Shown piece after piece: positions 23,275-33,576 of a DNA stretch of 64,000 nt. The notes beneath the pieces were generated by a model. That model was not told where the DNA came from. It worked only from the letters and a program-made list of their open reading frames with translations, and did no database searches. Each line of letters starts with the position of its first letter. Positions within the stretch are counted from its first letter, which is position 1. This DNA comes from an uncultured cyanobacterium (GTDB taxonomy: Bacteria > Cyanobacteriota > Cyanobacteriia > Cyanobacteriales > Cyanobacteriaceae): NCBI GenBank assembly GCA_963749915.1, contig CAVVOP010000022.1:96001-160000 (forward strand), in the 5' to 3' direction. The translations under genes and the position numbers were made by a program.

Positions 23275-23287
23275 AGGAAAATAAAAA

Positions 23288-24352
23288 ATGACACTTCAGC
23301 AAAAATCTCTGGAAATACCGATTACGAGTAAGGCTCTGGCAACTGCCGAACAGTTTGCCTCTCAACAACCTCATCCTCAAAAAAAAGAAACAGTTCGCCT
23401 TAATACTCTGGCAGTTTTGGCGGTGCATGACTATTTGGAGTTAATGGCCATAGAAACCGAACTTCAGGAAAGTGATAGCTGGAATCCGGTGGTGCGTTTG
23501 TGTGAAGATGTGGGGGACTTAATGGTGAGCGGATTAGGCAAACTGGAATGTCGTCCACTGTTGCCAGATTCAGTAAATAGGCGTATTTATCACCTGCCTC
23601 CAGAAGTTTGTAGCGATCGCATTGGTTATGTCGTTGTGGAGATAAATAATGACCTAAAACGATCAACTTTGTTAGGTTTTACTCCCATGGTGGTCAATGA
23701 TGAATTACCGCTTACACAGTTACAACCTCTTACTGATTTGCTAGAACATTTGGAGTCTCTAACTCAACCCCAAGTCAATTTAAGTCAGTGGCTTAACAAT
23801 ATCTTTCCATCTAGTTGGCAGGAAATAGAAGCGATTTTTTCTCTCGAACCAGAACCAACTACTTCCCCAGAAGAAAATCAGCCTTCATCGAAGTTAGGTA
23901 AATGGTTAGAGTCGATTGTAGATGCGGGGAAAAATATTTGGGCAGATTTATCGGGTTCGCAAAGGCCGGAATTACAAAGTGCAGGAGCTTTTCGTAGTCT
24001 TACGCCAGTGAATAATTTATTGCCCGAGTGTGAACTAATGCGAGCTAAGTTAATTGATTTGGGAGTACAATTAGGTTCTCAAAATGTAGTTTTGCTCCTT
24101 GCTTTAACCCAAGAGCCGGATCAGAAACTGCGGCTTATAGTTCAGATGTATCCTGTCCCTGAGGAAGAGTATCTACCATCAGATCTTAAATTAGCTTTAC
24201 TTTCTGAATCAGGAGAAGCTATTCAGGAAGTTACTTCAAGAACTCAGGATAGAGGCATACAACTAAAACCATTTAAAATTCCTCAGAATACTAATTTTAA
24301 GTTAGAAATGAGCCTAGGTGATTTTAGTTTAACGGAAACTTTTAGTTTTTAA
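23288..24352 (+). CDS. DUF1822 family protein
   Basis: NTLAVLAVHDYL, SDSWNP, GKLECRP, DRIGYVVV, LLGF and VNLSQWL motifs. Confidence 0.88.
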   Translation: MTLQQKSLEIPITSKALATAEQFASQQPHPQKKETVRLNTLAVLAVHDYLELMAIETELQESDSWNPVVRLCEDVGDLMVSGLGKLECRPLLPDSVNRRIYHLPPEVCSDRIGYVVVEINNDLKRSTLLGFTPMVVNDELPLTQLQPLTDLLEHLESLTQPQVNLSQWLNNIFPSSWQEIEAIFSLEPEPTTSPEENQPSSKLGKWLESIVDAGKNIWADLSGSQRPELQSAGAFRSLTPVNNLLPECELMRAKLIDLGVQLGSQNVVLLLALTQEPDQKLRLIVQMYPVPEEEYLPSDLKLALLSESGEAIQEVTSRTQDRGIQLKPFKIPQNTNFKLEMSLGDFSLTETFSF

Positions 24353-24356
24353 GGCT

Positions 24357-26711
24357 ATGACTAAGTTAGTTATTCTCAATTTAGGAGAGGGAAGTTTCCA
24401 GAATGGTTTTCCCAATATAACTATGCAGTTGGGGGAAACGGGAAACCTGTGGATGCAAGTGACTGGAAGTTTACCACCTGCACCAGAATTACCAAAACTT
24501 TATCGCTCTTGGAAGATATTATATAAAGCTTTAAATTATTACAGCCATAAAAGTAGATCTATTGAAGTGCAAGAAGCTGGTATCACCAATTTTTCTGAGT
24601 ATGAATATAGTAATATTTGTCAAAAATTAGATCAGAGTCTTAATGATTGGCTTGGTAATTCTGGATTTACCAATATAGAACAACAGCTAAGAACCCAACT
24701 TAATGCTACAGACTCAATCAGAATAATTATTCAAAGTGACAATCATGATGTTTGGCAGTTACCCTGGCATCGCTGGCGATTAGTTAAAGAAGATTATCCC
24801 CAAGGGGAAGTTGCTTTCAGTTTCACTGAATATCCGCCCCCGCCACTAAAATTAACCAAAAAACGAGACAAGACTAAAATATTGGTGATTTTGGGCAACA
24901 GCACCGGGATTAGGGTTCAAGAAGATCAAAAATTCCTGAAAAGGTTACCCAATGTCGAATTGCTCCTGTTAAATGAGCCACAGAGACAGGAACTCAATGA
25001 GCGACTCTGGGAACAAGGTTGGGATATTCTCTTTTTTGCCGGACATAGCCAAAGCGAGGATGAGGGAGAAACAGGACGGATTTATATCAACCAAAACTCA
25101 GAAAATAACAGTTTGACTATGGGAGAGCTAGAAGAAGCCCTCAAGCGAGCCGTAGCCCAGGGGTTACAGTTAGCTATCTTCAATTCCTGCGATGGTTTGG
25201 GTTTAGTGCGAGAATTGGCATCGGCGGCGGTTCCCCTACCAGTGGCGATCGCCATGAGGGAACCTATAGCTGACCAAGTAGCACAATTTTTTTTGAAGTA
25301 TTTTTTGTCCGCTTTTGCCTCTGGAGAAGATTTTCAGGTGGCAGTAAGGCAGGCGAGAGAACAACTCAGAGGCTTGGAAGGAGAATTTCCCGCCGCTAGT
25401 TGGTTGCCGGTAATTTGTCAGCACCCGGCGGTAGAGCCTCCTCGTTGGTGCCAGCTCAGTAAAAGCGGGGGAGTAACGGGAAAAAAACTAGCTTCGACCT
25501 TGACTCTCAGTTTTTTGGTCACTGTCTTAATAATAGGAATGCGAATGCTGGGCATTTGGCAGTGGTGGGAACTGAACGTTTTTGACTTGCTACTGCGGAT
25601 GCGTCCTCATGAGGCAGTAGATCCCAGAATATTAATGATTATCGCTACGCCAGAAGACATAAAACAGCAGTCGGTGAAACCTTCGGGCAAAGCTTCATTA
25701 TCAGATCTGACTCTGAGTGTACTATTACAAAAACTACAGCAGGAGTATCAACCGATAACTATTGGTTTAGATATTTATCGGGATTTCCCTGTGGAAACTG
25801 CCAATTCCGAATTGGCAACTTATTTGGAACAGAATAACCTTTTTGGAGTCTGTAAGGTCAGATCTCCCCAGGATGGCGACGAGCAAGGTGTTGCTCCCCC
25901 CCCAGAGATTTCTGCTCAACAGATAGGCTTTGGTGATTTCGTAGCTGATGCCGATGGAGTTGTCCGCCGTCAGCTTTTGGCGATGAGTCCCTCGGCTGAT
26001 GCTACTGATCCCTGCATAGCAGTTAATAGCTTTAGTCTTTTGGTTGCCCTTCATTACCTGCAACAAGCTCAGGGAATCAAATTTGACTACACTCCAACAG
26101 GAGAATTAAAAATTGGTGATGTGGTTGTTCAAGAATTAGATGGTTACTTTGGTAGCTATCGAGCTACGGATACTCGTGGACGACAAATTTTGTTGAATTA
26201 CCGCTCTGGGGATTCTCCTCTGGAGATTGCCACCACGGTTACTGTAAGAGATATCCTTGATGACAGGATTTCTAGTAGTGTTTTATCGCAACTCAAAGGG
26301 CGAATTGTCTTGATTGGCATTGCCGATTCCCTTGCTACTAGTGGCGATTACTGGCTCACACCCCTGAGTGCCACTCAGCCCATTGCCCAGAAAGAAATAC
26401 CGGGAGTATTCATTCAAGCTCACATGGTCAGCCAGTTAGTTAGTGCTGTTTTGGATGGGCGATCTTTATTTTGGCTTTTACCTTGGTGGGGGGATTTTTC
26501 GTGGACTTGGGGATGGTGTTTACTCGCTAGTTTACTATATCGGTCGGGTTTGTTGCCAATAGAAGTTCGTATTTTGCTAATATTAGGCTTCAATTTGGGA
26601 GTGGGTTATCTCCTGTTTCTTCGAGGTGGTTTGGTGCCTCTAATTCCTTCAATTATGGCGATCGCTCTGGTTAGTTTTGGGGAAAAGATATCTTCCCAGA
26701 AATTAGATTAA
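24357..26711 (+). CDS. CHAT (caspase-like) + TM + CHASE2 protein
   Basis: FFAGHS and IFNSCDG dyad, a TM segment, then CHASE2 motifs (DPRILMI, IGLDIYRD, DADGVVRR, PGVFIQA). Confidence 0.88.
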   Translation: MTKLVILNLGEGSFQNGFPNITMQLGETGNLWMQVTGSLPPAPELPKLYRSWKILYKALNYYSHKSRSIEVQEAGITNFSEYEYSNICQKLDQSLNDWLGNSGFTNIEQQLRTQLNATDSIRIIIQSDNHDVWQLPWHRWRLVKEDYPQGEVAFSFTEYPPPPLKLTKKRDKTKILVILGNSTGIRVQEDQKFLKRLPNVELLLLNEPQRQELNERLWEQGWDILFFAGHSQSEDEGETGRIYINQNSENNSLTMGELEEALKRAVAQGLQLAIFNSCDGLGLVRELASAAVPLPVAIAMREPIADQVAQFFLKYFLSAFASGEDFQVAVRQAREQLRGLEGEFPAASWLPVICQHPAVEPPRWCQLSKSGGVTGKKLASTLTLSFLVTVLIIGMRMLGIWQWWELNVFDLLLRMRPHEAVDPRILMIIATPEDIKQQSVKPSGKASLSDLTLSVLLQKLQQEYQPITIGLDIYRDFPVETANSELATYLEQNNLFGVCKVRSPQDGDEQGVAPPPEISAQQIGFGDFVADADGVVRRQLLAMSPSADATDPCIAVNSFSLLVALHYLQQAQGIKFDYTPTGELKIGDVVVQELDGYFGSYRATDTRGRQILLNYRSGDSPLEIATTVTVRDILDDRISSSVLSQLKGRIVLIGIADSLATSGDYWLTPLSATQPIAQKEIPGVFIQAHMVSQLVSAVLDGRSLFWLLPWWGDFSWTWGWCLLASLLYRSGLLPIEVRILLILGFNLGVGYLLFLRGGLVPLIPSIMAIALVSFGEKISSQKLD

Positions 26712-26730
26712 TGGTGACATCAGGAGTTTT

Positions 26731-27525
26731 TTGATGAATAACAAAATATTTAATCTCATTATTGCTTTTAGCCTTTTTAATTTAACAGTTTTACCGTTAC
26801 ACCTACAAGCGCAAATGGCTGAATCAAATCAGAATATTAATATGTCGGTTAATTTTAAACAGCCAGAACCGCCACCGGATGCTCCGAAGTCTGGAAGAGC
26901 AAAAGGAGGAGCAAGTAGGGGTGAATGTTCTCTTGCTAGCTCTACATTAAAAGAAGAGCTAACTTTAATTCCTTTACTTCCCTCCAATGGTTGGGGTTTG
27001 ACAGTGTCTGAGTCCCCGACGCTATGGGTGTATATTTCTTACCCCTCCGGTAGATTTAATGGGGAAACGGAAAGACACCTAACGGCAGAGTTATCGGTGG
27101 AAGAGCGAGAAACCGATCTTAAATTAGAACCTAAAAGTTATCCTCTTGAATTACCTAAAACTTCAGGGATTTTTAGTGTTTCTCTACCTCATTCTTTAGG
27201 GTCAAATAAATGGTACCGTTGGTATTTAGTGGTTGATTGTCAGGGGGAAAATATCTCGGGAAATGATGTCTTACAAGTTGAGGGTTTTTTATACCGAAAA
27301 GGGTTAAATGACTTGACAAAACCTTCAGAGTCCGCTAGGTCATCGGAGTTGGTTCGTTTCTATACCGACAATCATATCTGGTACGATGCTTTTCATGAAG
27401 CGGCTCTCCTGCACTGTAATAATCGCTCGAATAATGAATTGAAAAATTATTGGCAAACTTTGTTAAACATTGATGCAGTTGAGTTAGATGAGGTTAGCGA
27501 TCTCTTTCTTATTTGTCCCAATTAG
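26731..27525 (+). CDS. DUF928 family secreted protein
   Basis: GGASRGEC, GLTVSESPTLWVY, YRWY and IWYDA motifs. Confidence 0.88.
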   Translation: MMNNKIFNLIIAFSLFNLTVLPLHLQAQMAESNQNINMSVNFKQPEPPPDAPKSGRAKGGASRGECSLASSTLKEELTLIPLLPSNGWGLTVSESPTLWVYISYPSGRFNGETERHLTAELSVEERETDLKLEPKSYPLELPKTSGIFSVSLPHSLGSNKWYRWYLVVDCQGENISGNDVLQVEGFLYRKGLNDLTKPSESARSSELVRFYTDNHIWYDAFHEAALLHCNNRSNNELKNYWQTLLNIDAVELDEVSDLFLICPN

Positions 27526-27706
27526 GTAATGTTTTCCCCAAAGACTAATGGCACTTTCCGATTTAGTCAGACAATAATATGGGTTTAATTATTTCTGAAA
27601 TTAGTTGTTTTGAAGTTTCATCAAAGCAAACTAAGGGATAATCTGGGTCATATTTTTGGGTATAAAAATGCTATAATAACTAAGAATATTTGTTAAGAAA
27701 AGGAAA

Positions 27707-28312
27707 ATGGAAGCGTTCACCGAAAGTGTGGTTGTGTCGCTCTCTATTCCTAAGGGATTCAGAGTAACTCCAGAACAGTTCGAACAACTAGCAGACATCG
27801 AACAACTAGCACGATTGGAGTTAACTAAGACTGGAGAATTAATTATCATGAGTCCCACTGGGGGAACTGCTGGAAGAAAAAATAGCCGTTTAACCCAGCA
27901 ACTTAGAAATTGGGCAGATAGAAACGTTACAGGAGAAGTCTTTGATTCTTCTACAGTGTTTGTTTTACCAAATGGTGCGAGAAGAAGTCCCGATGTCAGT
28001 TGGATTAAATTAGAAAGGTGGAATCAACTCACTCAAGCCCAACAAGATGGATTTCCTCCTCTAGCTCCTGATTTTGTGATCGAGCTAGTCAGTCCCAGTG
28101 ACATCAAAAGCCAACGATATGAAGACTTGCAGGCAAAGATGCAGGAATATTTAGATAACGGAGTGCAACTAGGTTGGTTAATCGAACCATCAGCAAAAAA
28201 AGTTGAAATATATCAATTTGGGCAACAGGTAGAGATTTTAAATAATCCTCAAACTTTATCAGGAAAAGATATCTTACCTGGATTTATTTTAGATTTAAGT
28301 GAGATTTTTTGA
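27707..28312 (+). CDS. Uma2 (DUF820) family endonuclease-like protein
   Basis: GELIIMSPTG, FDSST.F.LPNGA.RSPDVSW, APDFVIELVSPSD and KMQEYLDNG motifs. Confidence 0.93.
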   Translation: MEAFTESVVVSLSIPKGFRVTPEQFEQLADIEQLARLELTKTGELIIMSPTGGTAGRKNSRLTQQLRNWADRNVTGEVFDSSTVFVLPNGARRSPDVSWIKLERWNQLTQAQQDGFPPLAPDFVIELVSPSDIKSQRYEDLQAKMQEYLDNGVQLGWLIEPSAKKVEIYQFGQQVEILNNPQTLSGKDILPGFILDLSEIF

Positions 28313-28428
28313 TTTCAGAAAATAATGTGAGCAAAATTACGATTTGTTTCCATCAAGGATTTTTGAAAGGGTAGCTATCCCACAGGACCGGGACTACCTA
28401 CTTTCGAGTGTACTCCCACAATTATTAA

Positions 28429-31224
28429 TTAAAGCCAATTACCGACTATCACAAATGGAGCCCAAAAATAAGGTCTTCGTCAATTTAGATCTCTCAAAAA
28501 ATAGAGTTGGGTTTGTCGAACAGCTTGGGCAACAGTTGCTCCATCTCTCAATTCTTCATAAAACTTAATCATAAACTCAGCAGTGGCTGAATCGTTGACT
28601 TTCCACAAACTGGCTAATGTAGTACGCACTCGTGCCTGTGCCGATACCCCTGCCAATCCCAAAGCGGCTCGCCGATTGCCTTGAGCCGTTTCACAAGCAC
28701 TGAGAATTAGTAATTCGATTACTTGAGGACTATCAGGGTTACTAATCTGGAGAATCCGATGGAAATCTTTAACTTTGATTCGCTTTCCCCAAACGAGAAT
28801 GTAAGTTTCGTCTGGGTTAGAACTAAATTCACCATGAGTGGCGATGTGGACCATCGGAAAAGTAGCCGAGTCAATCTGTTGTTCTAGTTTTCCCTCGGTA
28901 AAGGTTTGATTTAACAGTATTTCAGTGGCAGCATCAGTCAATTCTTGGATGTTTGCTAGTTCAGTGGCGACATAGGGCAGAGCTTCAAATTCGATTCCAT
29001 CAACTACCTGTCCTTCGCTGACTCCCGCAGTTAAGACTTTGAGTTGTTTTTGTCGGGGACGGGGATCAAAAAGCTGCCGATTAGGAATTGCCGCTAGGGC
29101 ATACTTTTCGATTAAATATTCTCCCTCATTATAAAGTACAGACAGGGGAATGTTCCGTAGGGTATCGTCTAGGACAAAAACTAGGGTCGTTATTTGACCT
29201 TTCTGCCTCAATGTTTCTAAGTCTTGTTCAATGGGTTTAATCATCCATTGATAGACCTTTTGGGCTTCTTGTTTAACTTCTTCGGTGAAACGAGATTGTC
29301 TTAGATAGCCCTGGAGTTGTTTAATTGTCTCTTCAACTTCTGTATGGGGGATGAAAGTGGCTTGGTGAGCGAGGGGTTGCTGGGGTAGTTTGAAAATAAG
29401 CTCCAAACGATCTGAGAGAATTAAGGGATAGAGAAATGCGGCTTGGGGATCTATTTCCCCCACCACTGTTTCCACCTGCAATTCGGGAGTTAGAGAACAT
29501 TGCAAGAAATTTTCTAGTTCCGAGAGGCGGAGAAAGTCAACGAACTTTAAAGCCTGAGCGGGAAAACCTTGAGAATCAGATTCGGAAACATCTTCTGCCG
29601 TTAAAAGTAGATCAATTAACTGACGGTATAGAGGTTCGACGAAATCTCGGAAAGAAAATTGCACATCTGAGTCGATGGTAAGTAAGTCCCTGCGCACAGA
29701 TTCTAGAGTTTTGGTCGCCTGTTGGTAAATAACGATCGCTTTTTTTCTATCTCCTTGAGCTGACCATAATCTGCCCAACTGCCATTGCCATTGATAGGCT
29801 ATCTGCGGTGCTTGAACAGGTTGAGCTAGTGATAAGGCTGTCGATGTTAACTTAATCGCTTCTTGCCGACAATCCTGAGCTTTTTCACACCAATTAGATG
29901 ATTTCTCCGAGAGATTATACCAATCGGAATTCACGTTGTCTAGCCACCAAGCACGATATTCGTACAATCCCCCAAAATTACCAAGAACATAAGATTCTAA
30001 AAACTGATCTGGAATGGATTTGGCATTATTATATGCTTGGTTGAGCATTTGTCCAATCCTGTGCCAATCGGTGGGATTATTTGTTAGTGCAGACAGACAA
30101 GCTTTACCTTTGGTGAAGTTAATCTGAGCGTAAATTGTTGCCTTATTTATGGGTAGGTGAGAAAAGTCAACCTCCGATAATAATTGATTGGCTGTAGCCA
30201 ATTGTTGACGATCTCCAGAAGCAGTTTCTAAAATTAGGTTGACAAGATTGAGCTGGGCTGAGATTCTGGTAGTTTCTAGAGCAGATTGGGAGATAGCCGC
30301 AGAAGTTCTTTCAGAGGTAACCGAAGGTGTGCCTACGGCGATTGCCTGTGAGTATTGTTGTTGGGCTTGTTGATAAAAATTCTTTGCTTCTTGGGGGAGA
30401 TTAAGGGATATAGGCTCAATAATATCACAGCGCCAAGGGATATAGTCGTATTTGGGGGAGGCTTGACGATCACGGATAATATTCCCCCTGGCCCGTAAAG
30501 TATTGCCAAGGCTGAGTCTGGTAGCTGCTGGATCTGTATCTGAAGAGCTTTGAGCTAGTGTTTGTAAGACTAACTCTGACTCTTTTAACTTACCTAACAA
30601 GCGCAGAACATTACCGAGGCTACGCCAGCCATTTATTTCCAGTGCATCTGATTGTTGTGGGAGAATCTGAATTTTTGCCTCCAGAGTCTGGACTGTTACA
30701 TCTTCACAACTATTAATGTCCAGCTCTAAAGCTGAGAGCAACATGACACAAGCACCACTGTAGAATCCCAATTGCTGTAGGGCTTCTGCTTGGTAAATTT
30801 GATTACGGACTATTCCTGGGTGATCTCTTAATTGCTTCTCCGAGATAGTAGTAGCTTTCTGCCAGTTTTCTAGGGCTAATTCTGGTTTGCCCAAACTCAA
30901 CTGCAAGCGACCTAAATTAGTCAAAGTTATAGCCAAGTTTTGCCAGTCTTCTTGGGCTTGAAAGAGTAGGATAGCTTTTTCGAGGTAGTTGACGGCTGAG
31001 ACAAACTCCCTCGCACGATAGTCAGCCTCTGCCTGTTGTACCAACTGTCGAGCATTATCTGCCGGTATTTGGGACAGTACTGATGTAACTCCTGTACTGA
31101 GAAAAATACTTAGTAGGAATACAATCAGATATCTTTTGAGACTGGGATTTTTCCCTAGCCAAGAACGGAAACCTTCTAGAATAGAACTCACCGCATTGTA
31201 GAATAAATACCATTTTCTTGCCAT
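28429..31224 (-). CDS. Secreted TPR + CHAT domain protein with a premature TGA at 28480-28482
   Basis: TPR motifs, QWQWQLGR, VHIATHG, LSACETAQG and ASLWKVND. The frame continues past the TGA as RRPYFWAPFVIVGNWL* ending at 28429. Confidence 0.85.
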
Positions 31225-31490
31225 GTTCTTTTTCTCGAATTTACATTTACTAACGGAATACCGATGTCACCTGACTTCGGAGTTGGCAGTTCGGAGTTCT
31301 GAGTTAGAAAAGTAAGGCTCATCTGCGTTATAAGGTTTAATCCGTCTATTCTACATCATATCTGCTGAGGATATTTTCCTTTTGACTCAGATGTTGCACT
31401 AGCACTACGTGCAATGTTGTCGTTCATTATCAAACCCTAACTAGAAGATTCTATTGTTAGAATCTTAGTTGAGTAATAATTAATAATTAA

Positions 31491-31601
31491 GGGGAAGTAG
31501 CTCAATGGTAGAGCCGCGTTTTACTTTCCGCATAATGCAAAGAAAGTTCCTAATATTGGCTTATAACCCGCAGGTTGCAGGTTCAAATCCTGCCTTCCCC
31601 A
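31491..31601 (+). ncRNA. tRNA-like RNA with a 39-nt insert in the anticodon stem (nominal anticodon UAU)
   Basis: Acceptor GGGGAAG/CTTCCCC-A, D arm GCTCAATGGTAGAGC, T arm GCAGG-TTCAAAT-CCTGC. Anticodon stem GCG[insert 31519-31557]GG / CCCGC around the loop CTTATAA. Confidence 0.85.
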
Positions 31602-31682
31602 AAGAAAGGGGGCAAAAGAGATTCCTTATGATGGCGAAAGCCATTAGTCTTGGGTACTAACATTATCTCTCGCCCTCTTTTT
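31602..31682 (+). ncRNA. Second structured RNA (Y-RNA-like) or attenuator hairpin
   Basis: AAAGGGGGC/GCCCTCTTT and AGAGAT/ATCTCT stems, plus an internal TGATGGC-GAAA-GCCATTA GNRA hairpin, followed by a T-run. Confidence 0.6.
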
Positions 31683-31707
31683 CTCTTTAAATTACAGTTA
31701 TTTGATC

Positions 31708-33576
31708 ATGAATAAGGCAACACTGAGATTATTTAATGCCATCGAGGTTAACAACAAAGACAATAAAAATATTCCTCAATCCATTTTGGCTAGAACAATT
31801 CAAAATGGTTATATTCTTGATTCAGCAATTGAGCCAGAGGAAGAATTGCTAGATCTAATCGAAAGTGTTGTTGGTATTGCTGGAATCAAAGCTAATTCTG
31901 CGTTTCATAAATCTTGGGCGGTAGTTCAAGATTCTTGGATGGAATCACTGGTTATTCAACAAATTATTCACTACATTACAACCTATGGATTTGAGAGTTT
32001 AGGCATTTATCGAGAAGATGCAGTTTATATTCCCCAGGAAGTCTTAGAGTTACCCACTATCACAGATGATATTCCCTTAGTTGTGATCAAAGCGATAACA
32101 GCGGAAGAAATTCTGGATAACATCATTAATTTAGCGGATGGTATTGCCTTAGCACAAGAAACCCTTAATGATATTATGACGATCGTCAAAAGTCATGATT
32201 ACGATCCCAGTTTTGTAGAGAAAATAGACAATCGAGAATTAAAAGCCTTATTATACGATTTCTATGGCATCGTACCATCTGAGCCGGTAGAATTTTTACG
32301 TCATTTAATCAGTAAACTAACCGATGAATCTTTACTGATCAAAAATAAAGATCTCATCGATAAAATTAAACAATCTAACGGTAAATTTTTAGATACTTTA
32401 CTCAAAGATGCACCAGATGATTTAGCTTCTATTTTCTTTCGCTTTAAACCCTTATTCTTAGCAATGAAGTCGATTTCTAATAACAAAAGATATTTTAATC
32501 AGTTAAGAAAAAAAGCAAATAAATTACATAAACCTCTCCCACAAGATTATCTCAATAGTGTTAGTAGTCAAATCAAGTATGAAAAATTAAATTTAGAAAC
32601 TTTAGTAGAAAGACTGAAAAAAGCAACTATTTTTCGAAAAATTCGCCTCGCTTATGCCTTAAAATATCGTCTAAGTGCCTCAGATTCTATTGTTTATCGA
32701 GTCAGAAATGGGCGTGGTTGGACCACAGAATTTGACTTTGAATGGTGGGAAGTTGTCCAAGAAAAAACTCAAAAAGCATTGGATATAGTTGTCGATTCTA
32801 TTGTTGATGATGTGAAAAAAAATGTTGAGGGTAAAACTCTTTATATTCCCAATCATGTTTATTATGCTTTACCCGCTACTGAGAAACAATTTACGGGATA
32901 CTTACCAACTGGTACTTATGTTTTAACTCCAGAAGATATGATTGTCGGTATCCATTGGACAAATACTGAAAAAAAGAGAGTAGATTTAGACTTATCTGTA
33001 ATTGGCGAATCAGGTAAAATCGGTTGGGATGCGGCTTATCGTTCCCAAGAAAAAGAGGTATTATTCTCTGGGGATGTTACAGACGCACCCCCGCCTAATG
33101 GTGCTTCAGAGCTTTTCTATCTTAAACAAGCACACCAAGAAGCAAGAATATTAAAAGTAAATTACTATAATTTTGCCAAGGGTGATAAAGTAGAAGCTAA
33201 GATCTTGGTAGCGCAAGAAAAACCCAAAAATTTTGGGACTAACTATATGGTGGATGTAAATAAAATGATTGCTTCAGCCAATATAAATATTACTAAAAAA
33301 CAAAATATTCTTGGTTTGATTGTTAATATAAATGAAGAAAATAGGTTTTATTTTGCTAACATAAGCATTGGTAATTCGATTACTTCTAGTAATAATAAAC
33401 AGTCCCAACAGGCAAGAAAATATCTAGTGAGTAAGTTGGTTAATTCCCTTGATTTGAGAGAAATTTTAACGATGGCGGGTGCCAAAATTGTGGATGAAAT
33501 ACCTGAAGAAGAAGAATCTATTAATCTGTCTCCAAAGGCATTAGATAAAACAACTATTATCAATTTAATTAGGTAA
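31708..33576 (+). CDS. Hypothetical protein with helical (TROVE-like?) N-part and TerD-like C-terminal domain
   Basis: QQIIHYITTYG and PVEFLRHL in the N-part. GIHW...VDLDLSV...IGW...LFSGDVTDAPPPNGASE in the C-part. ATG at 31708. Confidence 0.7.
   Translation: MNKATLRLFNAIEVNNKDNKNIPQSILARTIQNGYILDSAIEPEEELLDLIESVVGIAGIKANSAFHKSWAVVQDSWMESLVIQQIIHYITTYGFESLGIYREDAVYIPQEVLELPTITDDIPLVVIKAITAEEILDNIINLADGIALAQETLNDIMTIVKSHDYDPSFVEKIDNRELKALLYDFYGIVPSEPVEFLRHLISKLTDESLLIKNKDLIDKIKQSNGKFLDTLLKDAPDDLASIFFRFKPLFLAMKSISNNKRYFNQLRKKANKLHKPLPQDYLNSVSSQIKYEKLNLETLVERLKKATIFRKIRLAYALKYRLSASDSIVYRVRNGRGWTTEFDFEWWEVVQEKTQKALDIVVDSIVDDVKKNVEGKTLYIPNHVYYALPATEKQFTGYLPTGTYVLTPEDMIVGIHWTNTEKKRVDLDLSVIGESGKIGWDAAYRSQEKEVLFSGDVTDAPPPNGASELFYLKQAHQEARILKVNYYNFAKGDKVEAKILVAQEKPKNFGTNYMVDVNKMIASANINITKKQNILGLIVNINEENRFYFANISIGNSITSSNNKQSQQARKYLVSKLVNSLDLREILTMAGAKIVDEIPEEEESINLSPKALDKTTIINLIR

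Noticed and set aside
31350..31470. Possible TpsA C-terminal remnant on the minus strand (GLIMNDN...VVLVQ)
   Set aside because: The similarity is too weak and needs both a stop codon and a frameshift.
31519..31557. tRNA insert as a group I intron or a prophage att scar
   Set aside because: Far too short for a group I intron. I saw no integrase and no duplicated tRNA 3' end nearby.
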